Shown: positions 13,877-27,377, counted from the first letter of the whole stretch. The stretch is 63,992 nt of DNA, filler included, from Hausera hauseri (GCA_046269625.1; 12 parts of 12 records of this genome joined end to end with filler, not necessarily neighbours in it); one strand, 5' to 3'. Translations and numbers: made by a program. The notes: generated by a model from the sequence alone, not told the origin.

Positions 13877-14189
13877 GTCATCATCAATCTGTAGTTTTCT
13901 CAAAAACAATATCAATACTCCGTTTTATTTTGGGCGGCCGGCGCCCTTTGGCCTATTTGGTTCGACACGGCCGGGCGTCCGTTGCGGCCGCGTCGGACCC
14001 ATAGTAGGGCCCGATCTCCCGCCTCATGATTCTATTCACAGAACACCTCTACCACTTTACAATACTGAAAATGGAATCTTCGTGGAAGGTGGACGTGTGA
14101 TGGATCAAAATACGGTTATCCATCCGTGGCTACTAAACGCTGTCTTTTTTGTCATTATATTCCTTGTTCTGATTTTTGTCTTATTTGCA

Positions 14190-14635
14190 GTTCTCTATTT
14201 CCTGAAGATGAAATGGCAACGAAAATCAAAGATTCCGCCGAAGCGAAACTGTGTGAAGATGATCTGTGGAAACGATTCAACAATCTGACAACGGAGATGG
14301 TCATTACAAAATCTGGCAGACGAATGTTTCTTGCATTCAAAGTTCAACTCAGTGGACTCGATGCAAAATTGAAATACGTTTTAGCACTCGAACTAATTCC
14401 GTGCGACGACAATTGTTTTAAATTCCACAACAGCAAATGGACATTGGCTGGTAAAGCCGATCCAGAATCGAATCGACTCATTAATTTTCACTGTGAATCG
14501 CCGTCATTAAGCGAGTGTATAAATCCTCGCATATCAACAAAAAAGATAGCCTGTCTGGATACTAGTCAGAATGCCATCGAATCAGTTTGTTCTAGTCAAG
14601 ACAATGGTCCATGCCATTCACCAATCAAAATATAG
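14190..14635 (+). pseudogene. TBX2/3: TBX2/3 (omb)-like T-box, N-terminal half only
   Basis: SLFPEDE..AKLCEDDLWKRFNNLTTEMVITKSGRRMF..SGLDAKLKY..KWTLAGKADPE..FHCESPS. The second half of the T-box (KLTNN, LNSMHKYQPR, FIAVTAYQN) is absent. Confidence 0.85.
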
Positions 14636-16967
14636 AATATTGACGTATCAGAAATCGACGAAACTGTTTATGTACAATCGTTGGCACCTAAACGAAAATC
14701 CAGTTGTGATCTTCTTTCATCAGACTAACACGACCCCCATAAAAAATCCAAACATACTATCTCATTTAAAGTTCAGCATATCTTCAAGTACGTCGAATGT
14801 TTCTTCCATATCCAAGAGAGAAACGACATTATCAGAAAGTCAAGATAAACAACGTGGTTTGACATTACCGTTAAATACGACCAAAGTGAAACAGCAAATT
14901 ATTAGTCCAATGGTCATTTGTACTGATCAATTTGAACACCGTCCAATTAGGTTCGTTACTCATAATTACAGTTTTCAAAATTATGTTAAAAATGTAACTC
15001 CTTATCCGATATTCTACTCAGTTCAATACATGACAGCGGGATTTTGTATCTCTTCATCCAAGGAGTTGACTAAGGTCACGGATCCAGACACTCCTGTCTT
15101 TAAATCTAGACTAAAATCCTAACCTCGTAAACAACTGGATGAATGGGAACGTAAACTTAACGTTCGAGGAATTGTTAAATCGCTTTTCGGCGGTCCTCTT
15201 AAAGGATAAGAATCAAAGAAAACTCTGCAAACTATTTCGATCATTGATCTCTATCCGTCGGTTAACTTGTCAGCTGAATCACAAAATAATCTGACAAATG
15301 GAAATTCTGGCAATGATAACAATAAAATTTCATTTGAATTCACTGTTTCCACGAACTTTTTTCAACTGTCCAAGAATCTGTCAAAATTCTGCCACAACGA
15401 AGACAAGTTATCGACATGTGTGATTGCCATTGATAAAATGGTTTATGGTAAACTTATCCGCCATGCACCGGACAATGAAACGTTGATACTGATCCTCGAT
15501 GGGCCTTGTTTTGCGGTACGACAGGCAAATTATTGCATACCGATTTCCTCCACAGCCTCGGTGGTCTGTCGAAAGTATCACGATTTAGTTCGTCGTATTT
15601 CTCGTTATCGGACGATGAGAAGCGAATGTTGACGGATGCATTGGCTCAAGTGGATAAGTCGATCTTGGTGAAATTATTTTTTTTTCGAATTATGTACAGT
15701 TGTTTAAACATTGTAAATTAAAAAAAATAAAAATAAACAGTTAATGCAACAATTCAAATTGTTTTTAATTGAAAGGCCATCTTTCTAATTTTGTAATTCT
15801 TATAACATTGATTGCGCAGTAATAGCGACAATTTTTGCTGAGTTTTTTTTGAAGGAATTTGTTATTCAATTACAATTCTACGTCTACCATTTAGATTCAG
15901 AGTTGCTACCCCTTGAGATTTTAGAATTTTGTCTTGATCGTAGTTTTTTCTTTAGAATTTTGGATTGGTCGTTGGTCAAGTTGATTGTGGTGCATTCGGC
16001 TACCATTTGTGATAATAACGGATAACATAGGTAAACAATGATTTGTTGTCAACGAGAGAATTGAAAACTCCGACATTTTTCGACTGATTAAAAGCCACAT
16101 TAATAAAAAATGTAAACGGAGACAGTAGTGTTAAAATTCCGATTCTCCACCAGCCCCCAAGGTAGGAGATACCGTAATCCTGAAACATCAGCAGTAGGTA
16201 GACGTGATGGCACCAGGCCAAACCCCCTCCCCACCGGGAAGGAGAAAAGAAGTGGTCGCGGATGAGTCATGGGGTAGAAAAAAATACATGTACACGGTTA
16301 ATAGAGTGGAAATAGGAGGCACACAGTTATGAAAGTGATACACACAAGCAGGCGTACTGTATGGAATTGAAGTGGCTTAAAAAAATTGAATTTCGCGCCA
16401 AAATTTTTTTTGTTTAAATTTTGTCAGTGAACAAAGCATTTTCTGGCCCGATCATTGTTTCACTATTTCCACCCCACTTTGTTTCAATTTCTATAAATAC
16501 CGCTGTGTAAGTGTCACATGAAAATGTCTCAACCAGATATCCTGGCATCATTTAAATCGAAAATGCAGTCTATGCAGCAGTGATTAAGTTGAAACAAGAA
16601 GATATTCAGCAAGGATTACATGAATTGCAGGATTTGTTTACTACGACAGATGATTTAGTAGGTTAGTAGGTCAGTAAGTTGGGTAATATTGACATCCTGT
16701 TTGCTTTTAACATTTTGACAGAATGTTGATATTTGATGTACATAATCATCGTACGATTGTTCATCATTTGTACTTTCACAATCCTATAAAACAGCTAGAG
16801 ACAGTATATTGATAATAGTTATATACGCTTATGAAAGGACTTTTGTCATGACAATCTTCAAAATAGTNNNNNNNNNNNNNNNNNNNNNNNNNNNNNNNNN
16901 NNNNNNNNNNNTTAATTAATTAANNNNNNNNNNNNNNNNNNNNNNNNNNNNNNNNNNNNNNNNNNNN

Positions 16968-19900
16968 TATAAAAAGAGAATGGCAAAGGCAGTTTATCCA
17001 TTGTATAGAAGAAAAAAACCCTTAAATCTCAAAAGAGAAGCAAGCTATACTTAAGTACTTATTTGACATGGAGAAATAACGATGATACAACCCCCTGTTA
17101 CACCATGATTTTCATTACTATGAAATGATAAAATATTTTAATCAGAAGAGGAATGATTACGGAAGAAGACCCCAATAAACAAATTAAAAAATGTTGTGCA
17201 AACAAATCAAAAAATATACAACTGCTATCAACAGAAATCACCGATAGAAAAGTTCCTATGACAAAACTTCTATGTAAGTGCCTAGATACAATATCCGAAC
17301 CAACCCCAGAAATTGACAGATGGATATACAGAGTCGTATGGGAGCTACCTTTGAACCATAATAATATACAAGGAAGAACGATTAATTGGATCAAGAGTCA
17401 ATACTTGGATCACTTTTATTACCTTACCGAATATGAACAACAGAATCTATTACAGTAAATGGTAGACCACTTCTATATTAATAACATTGTTCTAGCACCC
17501 GATTTCAATACGGAAAAAATCAGACAATATGTGACACAAGTTCTCCTTCATAGTTTTAACAGAAAACGATACCAACCCAAAGGAATAAAAGTAACTGATG
17601 AAGAAATAATTAGAATAACACAGCTAAATACCATAGAAATCTATAACCGGTTAGTAGAGTTACATGACGCAAGATTGGACGCACTTGCTCAAAAATATGA
17701 ACTTAACCCTAATGGAGTAATTTACAGCAGATGGACCAGCAGAATCACCGCTTATTTAGGATTGACCCACGTTGATCTGTTACAGAACGAAGGAAGTTAT
17801 TTAACAGATTATTTAATAGATCTGCCAGAGGAAGAAAGTCCAGTGACTACAATGCCTTGCTTGTAATATTTCACAAAAATACATAAACAGATTACCGATA
17901 TAAGTCAACACTTAAAGAAAAAGAGGAATAAATTTATAGGTCCCGTCAGAGACAAGATATCTTAGACAAAAATAGATAAAAATATTAGTAAACTAAGCCA
18001 ATTCATCTCAAATCCACATCAAAAGGAGAATCCATTACAAAAGAAAACTATACTTAACTAGATAATTCAAATTTCACATTAAAAGAAGAGCCCGTTACAA
18101 ATGAAAATCCTACCAAACCGGATAACCAACGCAGTACCGAAGTTGTTTCGATAAACCATTAAGGCATGAAGCCAAAACTTAGTCAAGTGGTATTATTTTT
18201 ATGTAGCTTAGCACTATGTATAACGAACGTATTGGCACAATAGACAACAAAATTCCAAGAAACCGCAAGACAATCAGCAATCGATCATATTAGAGAGCCA
18301 CCTCCACAAAAGGATTACCCAAAAATTCAAATAAATTCAATATGGTCAAAAATTGCCTCGTCAGTAAGAACTAATAAATATATTACAACGAACCAAGAGA
18401 AAGCTCTACTGATAACTATCAATATTTTCGCAATTATAATGGGCACAACTTTAAGTAAGAATAAATTCCTATATATATTACCGATGTATATACCACGTTA
18501 ATTGGTGTAAATAACTCCAACAGCTCAATTGAAGTTAAATACAATCTCAACTATACCTGATAAACGAGGATCGCATACCATATTCCGAGATTATGCAAAA
18601 CTACCGGAAAATACAAGGCTCAAACTAAAGGATAATTAACGATTTACGTTCAAAATTTTCTCCATCCAATATANNNNNNNNNNTATAAGAAATGTTTAAT
18701 AATAGCGCATGTAAACAAACCCGTCGAACAGGAAAAAGAAGCAGCAACGTTATTTTAATCATATAAACCCATCTGTGCCGCACATTCTAAATTAAAGGAA
18801 AACAAATTTTGTCGCGTTTCCCCAGAACTATCCTCGTCACAATACCCGCAAAAATAACAGCCATTAAACCAATAAAACAAAAGCCGAAATGGAGAATGCA
18901 ACTAAGGAAAGCAATAATAAATCAGTCGATACTCTATGCCGCTCAACACCTGAATACGATAAGTCAATAAGCGCAGATGTAGATAATTTCATAGGAATCA
19001 TAGGAATAATATCTCGAATAAAAAATATATTTTATATCATAACCTGCACAGCAAAACTAACGAGCAAAGAAGATTATAATATAGAATATTCCAATCTAGA
19101 ACCATCAAGAATCTGCATACCAGGTAACGATCGACAAATACTGTTGACTTTGCAACTTCCATGCACATGTCCCAACACATTCTGAATAAGCAATATCTAT
19201 TTTGACAATCTCAATACACCCCTGCGTGCATTTTATGATGACATACTACTCCTCAAGCATATTAAAACAGTTTAATTCAACCATTTGAACATTTCATTCC
19301 GTGTAACTGACAACCATGTCATATTTAATTTCCCTAGTCAAAATTATACGGTCTCATTCGACGATTCCATCGCCAATTGTTTTCCGCTCACGAATACCTC
19401 CATCAAATGCGATAATCTTAGACTTCTCTATCTCTATTGGGTACAGATAATACACCAAAATATAGAAAATGACCCAGAAGAGTATAAGAAACACATATGG
19501 ATAGACCTATTACTATGGGAAGCCGGATTGGAAGACGAATTCCTCACAGAGGAACTAGTTAAAACTTTTACGGATGTAATCGAGAAAACCGAATATTACA
19601 AAACGTTGGTAAAATCAAAGCTTAGAACGTTAGAAGAATTACGACATGAAGTCGAAATATTATACGATGGATACTTAGAAGATAATATAGCATCAGGAAT
19701 CATACACCTTAAGAGAGAATGTATGAGAACAAAGAGTGGGTATGTGCATAATGCGCGAACCAATCCAAATTGTCATACCCCATATTTACCAATGGAAATA
19801 GAAATTTACGAAAAAGGACAATCCTACGAGCCGACTTATAGAATACGAATACGCAAGTATTATGATAAGGAAATTATTAGATGGGCTACCGGTTATTACA

Positions 19901-21363
19901 TCATGTAGAAATATATAAACCAAACATTCAACAATATGTACAAATGTATTCATGTCTAACAGCCTTCAATAAAACTAAATTGGAATTTCAAGATTATTCG
20001 AGATGTACTCGTTATAATAGGATGATTCAAACGATAACTAGCGACTACAATAAGGGTTTCAATCGATCTTCAGATAAAGTCAACAAAGATTACCCATTAA
20101 CCTCGAATAGAATTACGACTCAAGTTCATAAATCATCGAAACACGACCCTAAGATATCTCATAATTCTAGCAGATTAGAAAGAGAGCAAACTATAAAAAG
20201 AGAATTGCAAAAGCAGTTTATCCATTGTATAGAAGACGAAAACCTCGAAATTTCAAAAGAAAAACAGGCTATATTAAATTATTTATTTGACGTGGAAAAA
20301 TATCGATGCTACAGTCTTATGTTACACCATGATTTTCATTACTATGAGATGATGAAAAGATGTGCCGATAACTATTCAGATATTTTAATCCGAAGAAGAA
20401 TGATAAAAGAAGAGGACCCCAACAAACAAATTAAAAAATTTTGTACAAAGAAATCACAAAATCTGCAACTACCGTCAACAAAAATTACTGATAGAAAAGT
20501 TCTTATGACAAAACGTCTGCGTAAATGTCTAGATACGATATCAGAAGTAGCCCCAGAGATCCACAGATGGATATACCAAGCTGTATGGGAATTAGGTTTG
20601 AATCATAATAATATACCAGGAAGAACGATTAATTGGATCTAGAGTCAATACTTGGATCACTTTTATTATCTTAACGAATATGAATAACAGAATCTATTAC
20701 AACAAATGGTAGATCACTTCCATATTAATAACATTGTTCGAGCACGTGATTTCAATACGGAAGAAATCAGACAATATATGATCCAAGTTCTTCTCCAAAG
20801 TTTCAATAGAAAAAGAGACCAACCTAAAGGAATAAAAGTAACTGACGAAGAAATAATTAGAATAACACAGCTAAATACTATAGAAATCTACCACCGGTCA
20901 GTACAGTTACATGATGCAAGATTAGAAGCACTTGCTCAAAAATATGGAGCCAACCCTAATGGAGTAATTAACACCAGATGGACCAGCAGAATCACCGCTT
21001 ATTTAGGATTGACATACGTTGATCTGTTACAGAACGAAGAAGGTTATTTAACAGATTATTTCATAGATTTGCCAGAGGACGAAATTTCAATAAGTACAAT
21101 GTCTTGCTTGTAATATCTCACAAAAATACATAAACAAATTACCGATATAAGTCAACACTTAAAGAAAAAAAAGGATTAAATTTATAGGTCCCGTCAAAGA
21201 CAAGAAATTGTGGACAAGAATAGATAAAAATATTAGTAAACTAAGTCAACTTATCTTAAAGTCCAAATCAAAAGAAGAATCTCTCACAGATGAAAACTCT
21301 CCTGAATCAGATAACTCAAATTTCGCACCAATAGAAAAGCCAATTACAAATGAAGATTCTACT
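16968..21363 (+). repeat. Direct duplication of an unknown intronless coding unit (16968-~18110 matches 20192-~21360; offset ~3.2 kb)
   Basis: ORFs 17153-17458/17459-17866 are paralogous to 19881-20642/20706-21113. Many differences are third-position changes and premature stops fall at different sites in the two copies. Confidence 0.85.
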
Positions 21364-21514
21364 TGTTAGTAGATCGCGTTTCTATTATCTCCTTCACTCA
21401 TTAAATGAGTCTTATTTTTATCCTTTTTGAATTTCCTGACTTTATATTGGCTATTTATCGAATTAACTTTGAATTGAATTTAAACATTAATATTCGTTTA
21501 AATTTCTCCTCACA
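21364..21514 (-). mobile_element. 3' LTR of Ty3/Gypsy element (internally deleted)
   Basis: TGTGAG...CTAACA termini on the minus strand. Purine-rich PPT (TCTTAAAGGAGGTTGA) abuts at 21515-21530. Homologous to 24574-24805. Confidence 0.85.
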
Positions 21515-21529
21515 TCAACCTCCTTTAAG

Positions 21530-23502
21530 AATTTTCGCAGCTTTTCCACATTTCTTTCCAAAATTCTGCCGTCCGCGTGTTGCAGTACATATCGTCGGTC
21601 GTGTTTTCTCTCAATGACTTCGTATGGCCCTTCATATTTGTCTTTATCCTTTGCTCCTGATTCTCTCTGTATTAGTACACTTTCTCCGACCCTGAATACT
21701 CTTTTTACTGGTACCCTTTCTGAGTGTTTGTTCGTAGTTTCTTTTGTTGTTTTATTCTATCCATGCCATCTCTCTCTATGTATTTTTCTTCCAAATATTA
21801 TTTCTGCTGGGCTTTGTCCTGTTGTTTTCTGAACTGTGGCATTCAACGTGAACTCTATCTCCGGTAGTAACTCTCCCCAATCTGTTTGTAGTCGATCGTG
21901 GAGAGACGCGCCTATATATTCTCTAATTGTTCGGAATTGTCTTTCTACTATGACATTGGTGTTGTGATGATACGGGCTTGAATAGCACATCTTGATGTCC
22001 ATTGACGCCGTCATATCTCTAAATGCCTTAGATTCAAATGCTTTTCCGCAATCTGTTTGTATCTCTTTCAGTGCGCCGAATTTGAGAATCCAAGTCTTTA
22101 GCACCGTATCTTTTATGGTTACTTCGTCCTGTTTTGCTATCTCCGATAGTGATATATTTCGGCCAAACGGGTCTATGATGGCCAATGTATATTTTTTCTT
22201 CCTTCAGGTTTCTTTTAGCGGTCCGCAAATATCAATGTAGATCTTCTCGAATGGTTCGTTTGCAGTTAGTCTCAGGTCTCTTCCTTCGTACCCGTTGTCA
22301 CCATTTTGTTTTGTTGACATACCTCATAGCGTCCAATCACTTCCTTGACGCTGTCTTTTATGTTTGCCATATTGTGGTTACTGCTTATATATTTTGTTAC
22401 TTTTTCTATTCCGGCATGGGATAGCATGGCATGGCATTGCTTTATCATTTTTCCCCTATTATCCGTTGGTATCCATATCTTGACTTTTCGTGCCTTTACT
22501 ATGCCATTTTCTACTATGAATTTCCAATGCTCATTCTTTGAATGTCTTCTTTTATTTCTTCAATTTCTTTGCTCTCTTTTATATGAAAATGCTTCTGTCG
22601 ATTCAACTGCGTTTATCCTTCGAGTTTTGATCTTATGGGTTTTGGCCTCTTAGTGAGCTAACATGCATTGGCTGCATGTGCCGCAATTTGTCCGGGATAA
22701 CATATCGGCGTTTGCGTGATCTGTTTCTTTTCTGTATTCCAGTCTTATGTATAGACTTGATAAATAGTTTATCCAGGTTTGGAATTGTGCAGTTATCGGC
22801 TCTTTTGTTTTAAACATGAATGTAATAGCCTTGTGATTTGTCCTCAGTGTAAACCTCCTCCCATACAAGTAGTTATTAAAATGCTGACAGAAGTAATACA
22901 TAGCTAGCAACTCCTTCCGTCTAATTCAATAGCCCTTTTCGTGTTTATTCATTCCGTGTGACTCGCATGCAATCACTCTTTCATGCCCGGTCCTGTCTTT
23001 CTGTGATAATACTGCTCCAATCGTATGAAAGCTAGCATCGGTATCCAGAATAAATTCGTTCTGGAAGTCTGGGAACCCTAGTATTGGTGAGGACGCCAAT
23101 GCCATTTTCATTGCTTCAAATGATTCGCTGCAAGGCTCAGCCCATGCCAGTTTTTTGTTATTCAGTGCGCACATATGTTCTAATGTCTTAGCTTTTGTGG
23201 CATACCCATCAATAAATCTGTAATAATTGCAAATCCTTAAAAAGCTTCTCAGGCTTTTTACGCATTTTGGTTTTCGAACGATTTGATGGCGTCCAGCTTG
23301 GATGGCTCCGTTTGTATGCCTTTGTTATTCACAATGTGTCCCAAGAATTTTACCTCCTTTTTTAAGATGTGGCATTTTCTGAGTTTACTCTCAGTCCCGC
23401 CTTTTTGATTTGATTTAGTAGTTTTTCTAGTATTATGTAATGTTCTTCTAATGACTTCGAAAAGATCAATATATCGTCCAAGTATACTATAGTTTGTTCC
23501 AT
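21530..23502 (-). mobile_element. Ty3/Gypsy pol (RT-RNaseH-integrase), degenerate
   Basis: IVYLDDILIFS (RT), FILDTDAS..IGAVLSQ (RNase H) and IQTDCGKAF..SSPYHHNTNVIVERQFRT (integrase), in Gypsy order. Confidence 0.95.
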
Positions 23503-23602
23503 NNNNNNNNNNNNNNNNNNNNNNNNNNNNNNNNNNNNNNNNNNNNTTAATTAATTAANNNNNNNNNNNNNNNNNNNNNNNNNNNNNNNNNNNNNNNNNN
23601 NN

Positions 23603-24598
23603 GTTAACCCTCTCTCCATATCTTTTCTGACCATACGCTGCACGTTTGAAATTGTCTGTATACATGTTTTGTCCTCTTCTGCTCTTGTCCAATTTTGTAT
23701 AGCACTCTTCTTCCCTGTGTACTTTATCGTGACATCTATTGCATTTTATGCTTATGAAATTTCGTCTTATGTGCCCTTGTTGACCGCATCCATAGTATAT
23801 TATCGATTTTCATTCCGAGCAATTCCTGTTAATATGTCCTTCTTTCCCGCAAACAAAACATATTAGTGCTTGTTGGAAATTGCATGTCCGGCTTGTATGC
23901 CCGTCTTTCTGGAATGACCAGAATTTCATCATCCTCTTTGCCTTCGTATTGTGCAGTTTGAAATCCTTCCTTTCGTGTCTTGGTTTGTCGATTTTATTCA
24001 CCGCCACATCCCTGTAACTCCGTCGACACGATCTAGTGTATTCTCTGACTGTGGTTAACTCTTCTGTCTTTGTTGCCATTTCGTGGACCTTCCGTATTTT
24101 TTCTTTGATTTGTTCCACGCTTTTTTTGTCACTGCGGTATATTTCCTTTCTCATCTCTGGATTGCCGCAACAGTGGATCATCAATTCATCAGTTAGAGCT
24201 TCCAATGTTACTTTGTGGCTAAGAATTCTTTTCGCCAATTGTTCAATTTTGTTCAAGTAGGCGTCCGGTTCTGCCCCATTCATTTTGTAATCCAATGCCC
24301 CGCGCAGATCTCCGCACAGCGTTGTGGGTTTTCCAAAGGCGTTTCTCAACCGATTTTTGTAACCTTTTACCATCTGGCTCACCAGCTGGTATTTTTCCTG
24401 TTCTTCGTCTACCAACAGGCACAGGACCGCGGTTTCCCGATCCGACTCCGACATTTTTATGAAGTCGAACTATCTCTCGCATTTTCCAATAAAGGTTTCC
24501 ACGTTGTCACCTTTATGGAATTCTTTTGGCATCAATTTCTTCTTGAAGAAGTCTCTTGAAGCGTGGTTTGTTATGTTAGTAAATCGCGTTTCTACCAT
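23603..24598 (-). mobile_element. Ty3/Gypsy gag with CCHC zinc knuckles
   Basis: ORF 23810-24454 plus upstream MVETRF..MPKEFHKGDNVETFIGKCER*. Knuckles include CFVCGKEGHINRNC and CNRCHDKVHREEEC. Confidence 0.85.
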
Positions 24599-24805
24599 TC
24601 AGACCTCAACGTCACTTTGTGATTGTAAGACTGAATACTGCATAAGAAATTTATTATAAAAGTTGGTATAACAATTATCTCCTTCACTCATTAAATGATT
24701 CTTCTTCTTATCTTTTTTTGAATTTTCTGACTTTATATTGGCTGTTTATTGTTTTTACTTGGAATTGAATTTAAACATTAATATTTGTTTAAATTCCTCC
24801 TCACA
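24574..24805 (-). mobile_element. 5' LTR of Ty3/Gypsy element, inserted into a Maverick pPolB gene
   Basis: 232 bp with TG..CA ends, homologous to 21364-21514. The pPolB frame is cut at ..RFVALRS (24806). Confidence 0.85.
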
Positions 24806-27377
24806 GGACCTAAGAGCTACAAATCTCGAGATGATTGCTCCATTCACCTTGTATTTGAATTTCACAAGAACCTTTTTGTTGGTAATTGAATAGTTGGGAT
24901 GTTCCTTCGAATAATCCTAGGTATCCATGTGATGTATCAATTGGGAAAAGTCCTTATAAATATCATCTGTATGTATCTGATAGATGAACCTATCAATATC
25001 CATATACATCAACTACATGAAGTCGAACATGGAAACCATAATGTCATAGTGGAATTTGTACATCAGGGTCTTTGACAGATCCAGTATTGCCGTACCCACA
25101 GATATGGACTTGTTGAATTGCAAGGATGTTTTCAGCATATGGATGCTGACCAAGTTCTCCGCATATATGATGCTACTGTGGAAATTGGGTTTGGCAATGA
25201 GCTTCTATGCCCGTTTCCACTCAGAGACCAGTTCGATGTTTATCCTGTTGCGGTTATTTTCCATGGTCTTGCCGAAAACGCTGTTGTTGTATAACTTGAA
25301 TTGATCCTTCTGAAAGTCGTTCTTGGCATTGGTCCGCAGTTTCGTATTGAAGTCTATGTAGGCTGCAGCCAGTTGGACTGGCTAAACTGCAGGGCCCGAT
25401 GGATCTTATTAATGCGTAGTCCATTTATGACTGCTTTCTGGAGACCTATATAGTGGACTACACATCTATCCCGATTTCCAAGATGGCATAGTAACTTTTC
25501 TAATCCCCCATTCGGTGATCTTTTGCTCTCAGGAAGGAAAGGCAGTTACTCATGACTTGTGTGGATAGAAGCTGGATATTCCATATCTACATCCAGTATG
25601 TAGCCCGAATTTCCAATGTGATCCAGATCCAGTATAGGGATGTTTTCAGGATGCTCGACCCACGTGAAATCATTGTATGACAATTTGGCGCTCATTGCCC
25701 ATCCATAAAAGTTGTTGGCATCCAGGTATAATATATATGAGGATTCCGTGGATGGATTATACTGGGCCATATACTTGTTGTTGGCCTCGCTATACCGGTG
25801 AATGGCCTCACATATTCCGAATCTCATGCATCTTTCAACCATGAGGATCATGTCATAATCCTTTATGATTTGCAGCTTAATACCTGCATATGTCAGCATG
25901 GCTGTCCAGCTCATCCCTGGAGCCGTAAAGAAATGAACCGGATCAAATGCATGGCTCTTTATCGCAACATCCCCGAAATTCTCAAAGACATTTGTCAGCA
26001 GCAGCACGTCCGTCTTGAGGTATATGTGGCTGTATTCCCGTAATGTTCACCATTGAAATGCATGCCCGACAATCTGAGCATGCTGGCAGTCCTCATCATT
26101 GATATCGAAATTAGATGGGATATTGTAAAAGTCCTTCTTGACTGGCAATAAGGTCTGATCCAGTGTTTCCCATGAAGTTATATAATCATAGGGAAACACG
26201 CCTTTCCTCTTGATGAGGTCAAATGTAGTGGAAAAGAACCGCTTCGTCTCCTTGAGTTCTTCTGCAGGGAGGTTCTTCAATAAACTTTCAAGTGAAGACG
26301 ACATGAAACGGAAACTATCTATGTAGCGAAACCTGATTTTCTCAACATGCTTGGTAAAGGTAATGTATTTTTCCTCGCTATTATGGATCACAACAATGTT
26401 TCATTCAGTGATACCCAGTTCCCGAACAATGAAATGGGAATCATAGCCAATGAGATTATGGAACACTAAAGGCACATATGTACATGTTTTGCAACCTATG
26501 TTTCAGTTGTTGCATGCCGCGCTTCGATATTTGTCTGTAAAATGGCAATGATCCCTAACTTTATGATTATTCTTAGTGAATGATTAGGAGCACAAGTAAG
26601 ATGCTGTTGCCTTGCACCATTCTTCTTCTTGCTGCTTCGATATGTTCATTGTATCCTTATGCTGCTGCTGCATATCTTCAATCCTATGAGCTATATCTTC
26701 AAGTCGTTTCATAAAATGAGTTGCTGCGCCTGGACCCTTGAATAGATATGGTTCACTGTCCAATTCTTTGTCATACATGAAATATTATGGGAGCTCATGA
26801 TATTAGTATGCCGTTGTGCTGCTATGTTGGGGATTAGGGCTGCAACTCTGATAGTGTCTCAGGATAGTTTCAAATTCGCAATAGATAGCTATTGGGACCT
26901 TGATCATCTTCTTGAAATCCATGAATTCAATGTATAATACTTGTGAATTTACACAAGCCATCTCTTGGTGTTTGCCAGAATCCATCAGCTCTTTTTATCC
27001 TGGCTCTCACCGGCTTTACGGATAAGCTTCTCGTGCGCCTCTTGCATCCATTCTGCTATGTTGATGTTTTCCAATATGGGTCTATTTTTGGTGTTGAAGG
27101 CCCTATTGGATTCTTCGCCATCAACATTCATGTATATATCCTCCAATTTCACATTCACCTTAAGGGTTTTGAGCTCAGCCATGTTGTCCTGAATAATCCC
27201 CTTTGTCTCGTCCTTTGTGTACAAGAGGAAATCTTGAAGATTTGTTTGATCAGCTGCGTTAATAACATACCTGTGGCATTTTCTATTTAATGCTGCCGCA
27301 TCAACTAGCCAGTCTCTTTGGCTTTTTTTGGTGGAGCCTGTGTGTCTGGTGTGGCCGTGCCTGATGCTGCTGCGCAT
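24806..27377 (-). mobile_element. Maverick/Polinton protein-primed family B DNA polymerase with EndoVII-like domain (pseudogene)
   Basis: VRDHCHFTDKYRSAAC, VFHNLIGYDSH, FRYIDSFRFMSSSLESL, KRKGVFPYDY, ILYLDANNFYGWAM, FKLYNNSVFGKTMEN and YMDID (degenerate YxDTDS). Confidence 0.92.
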
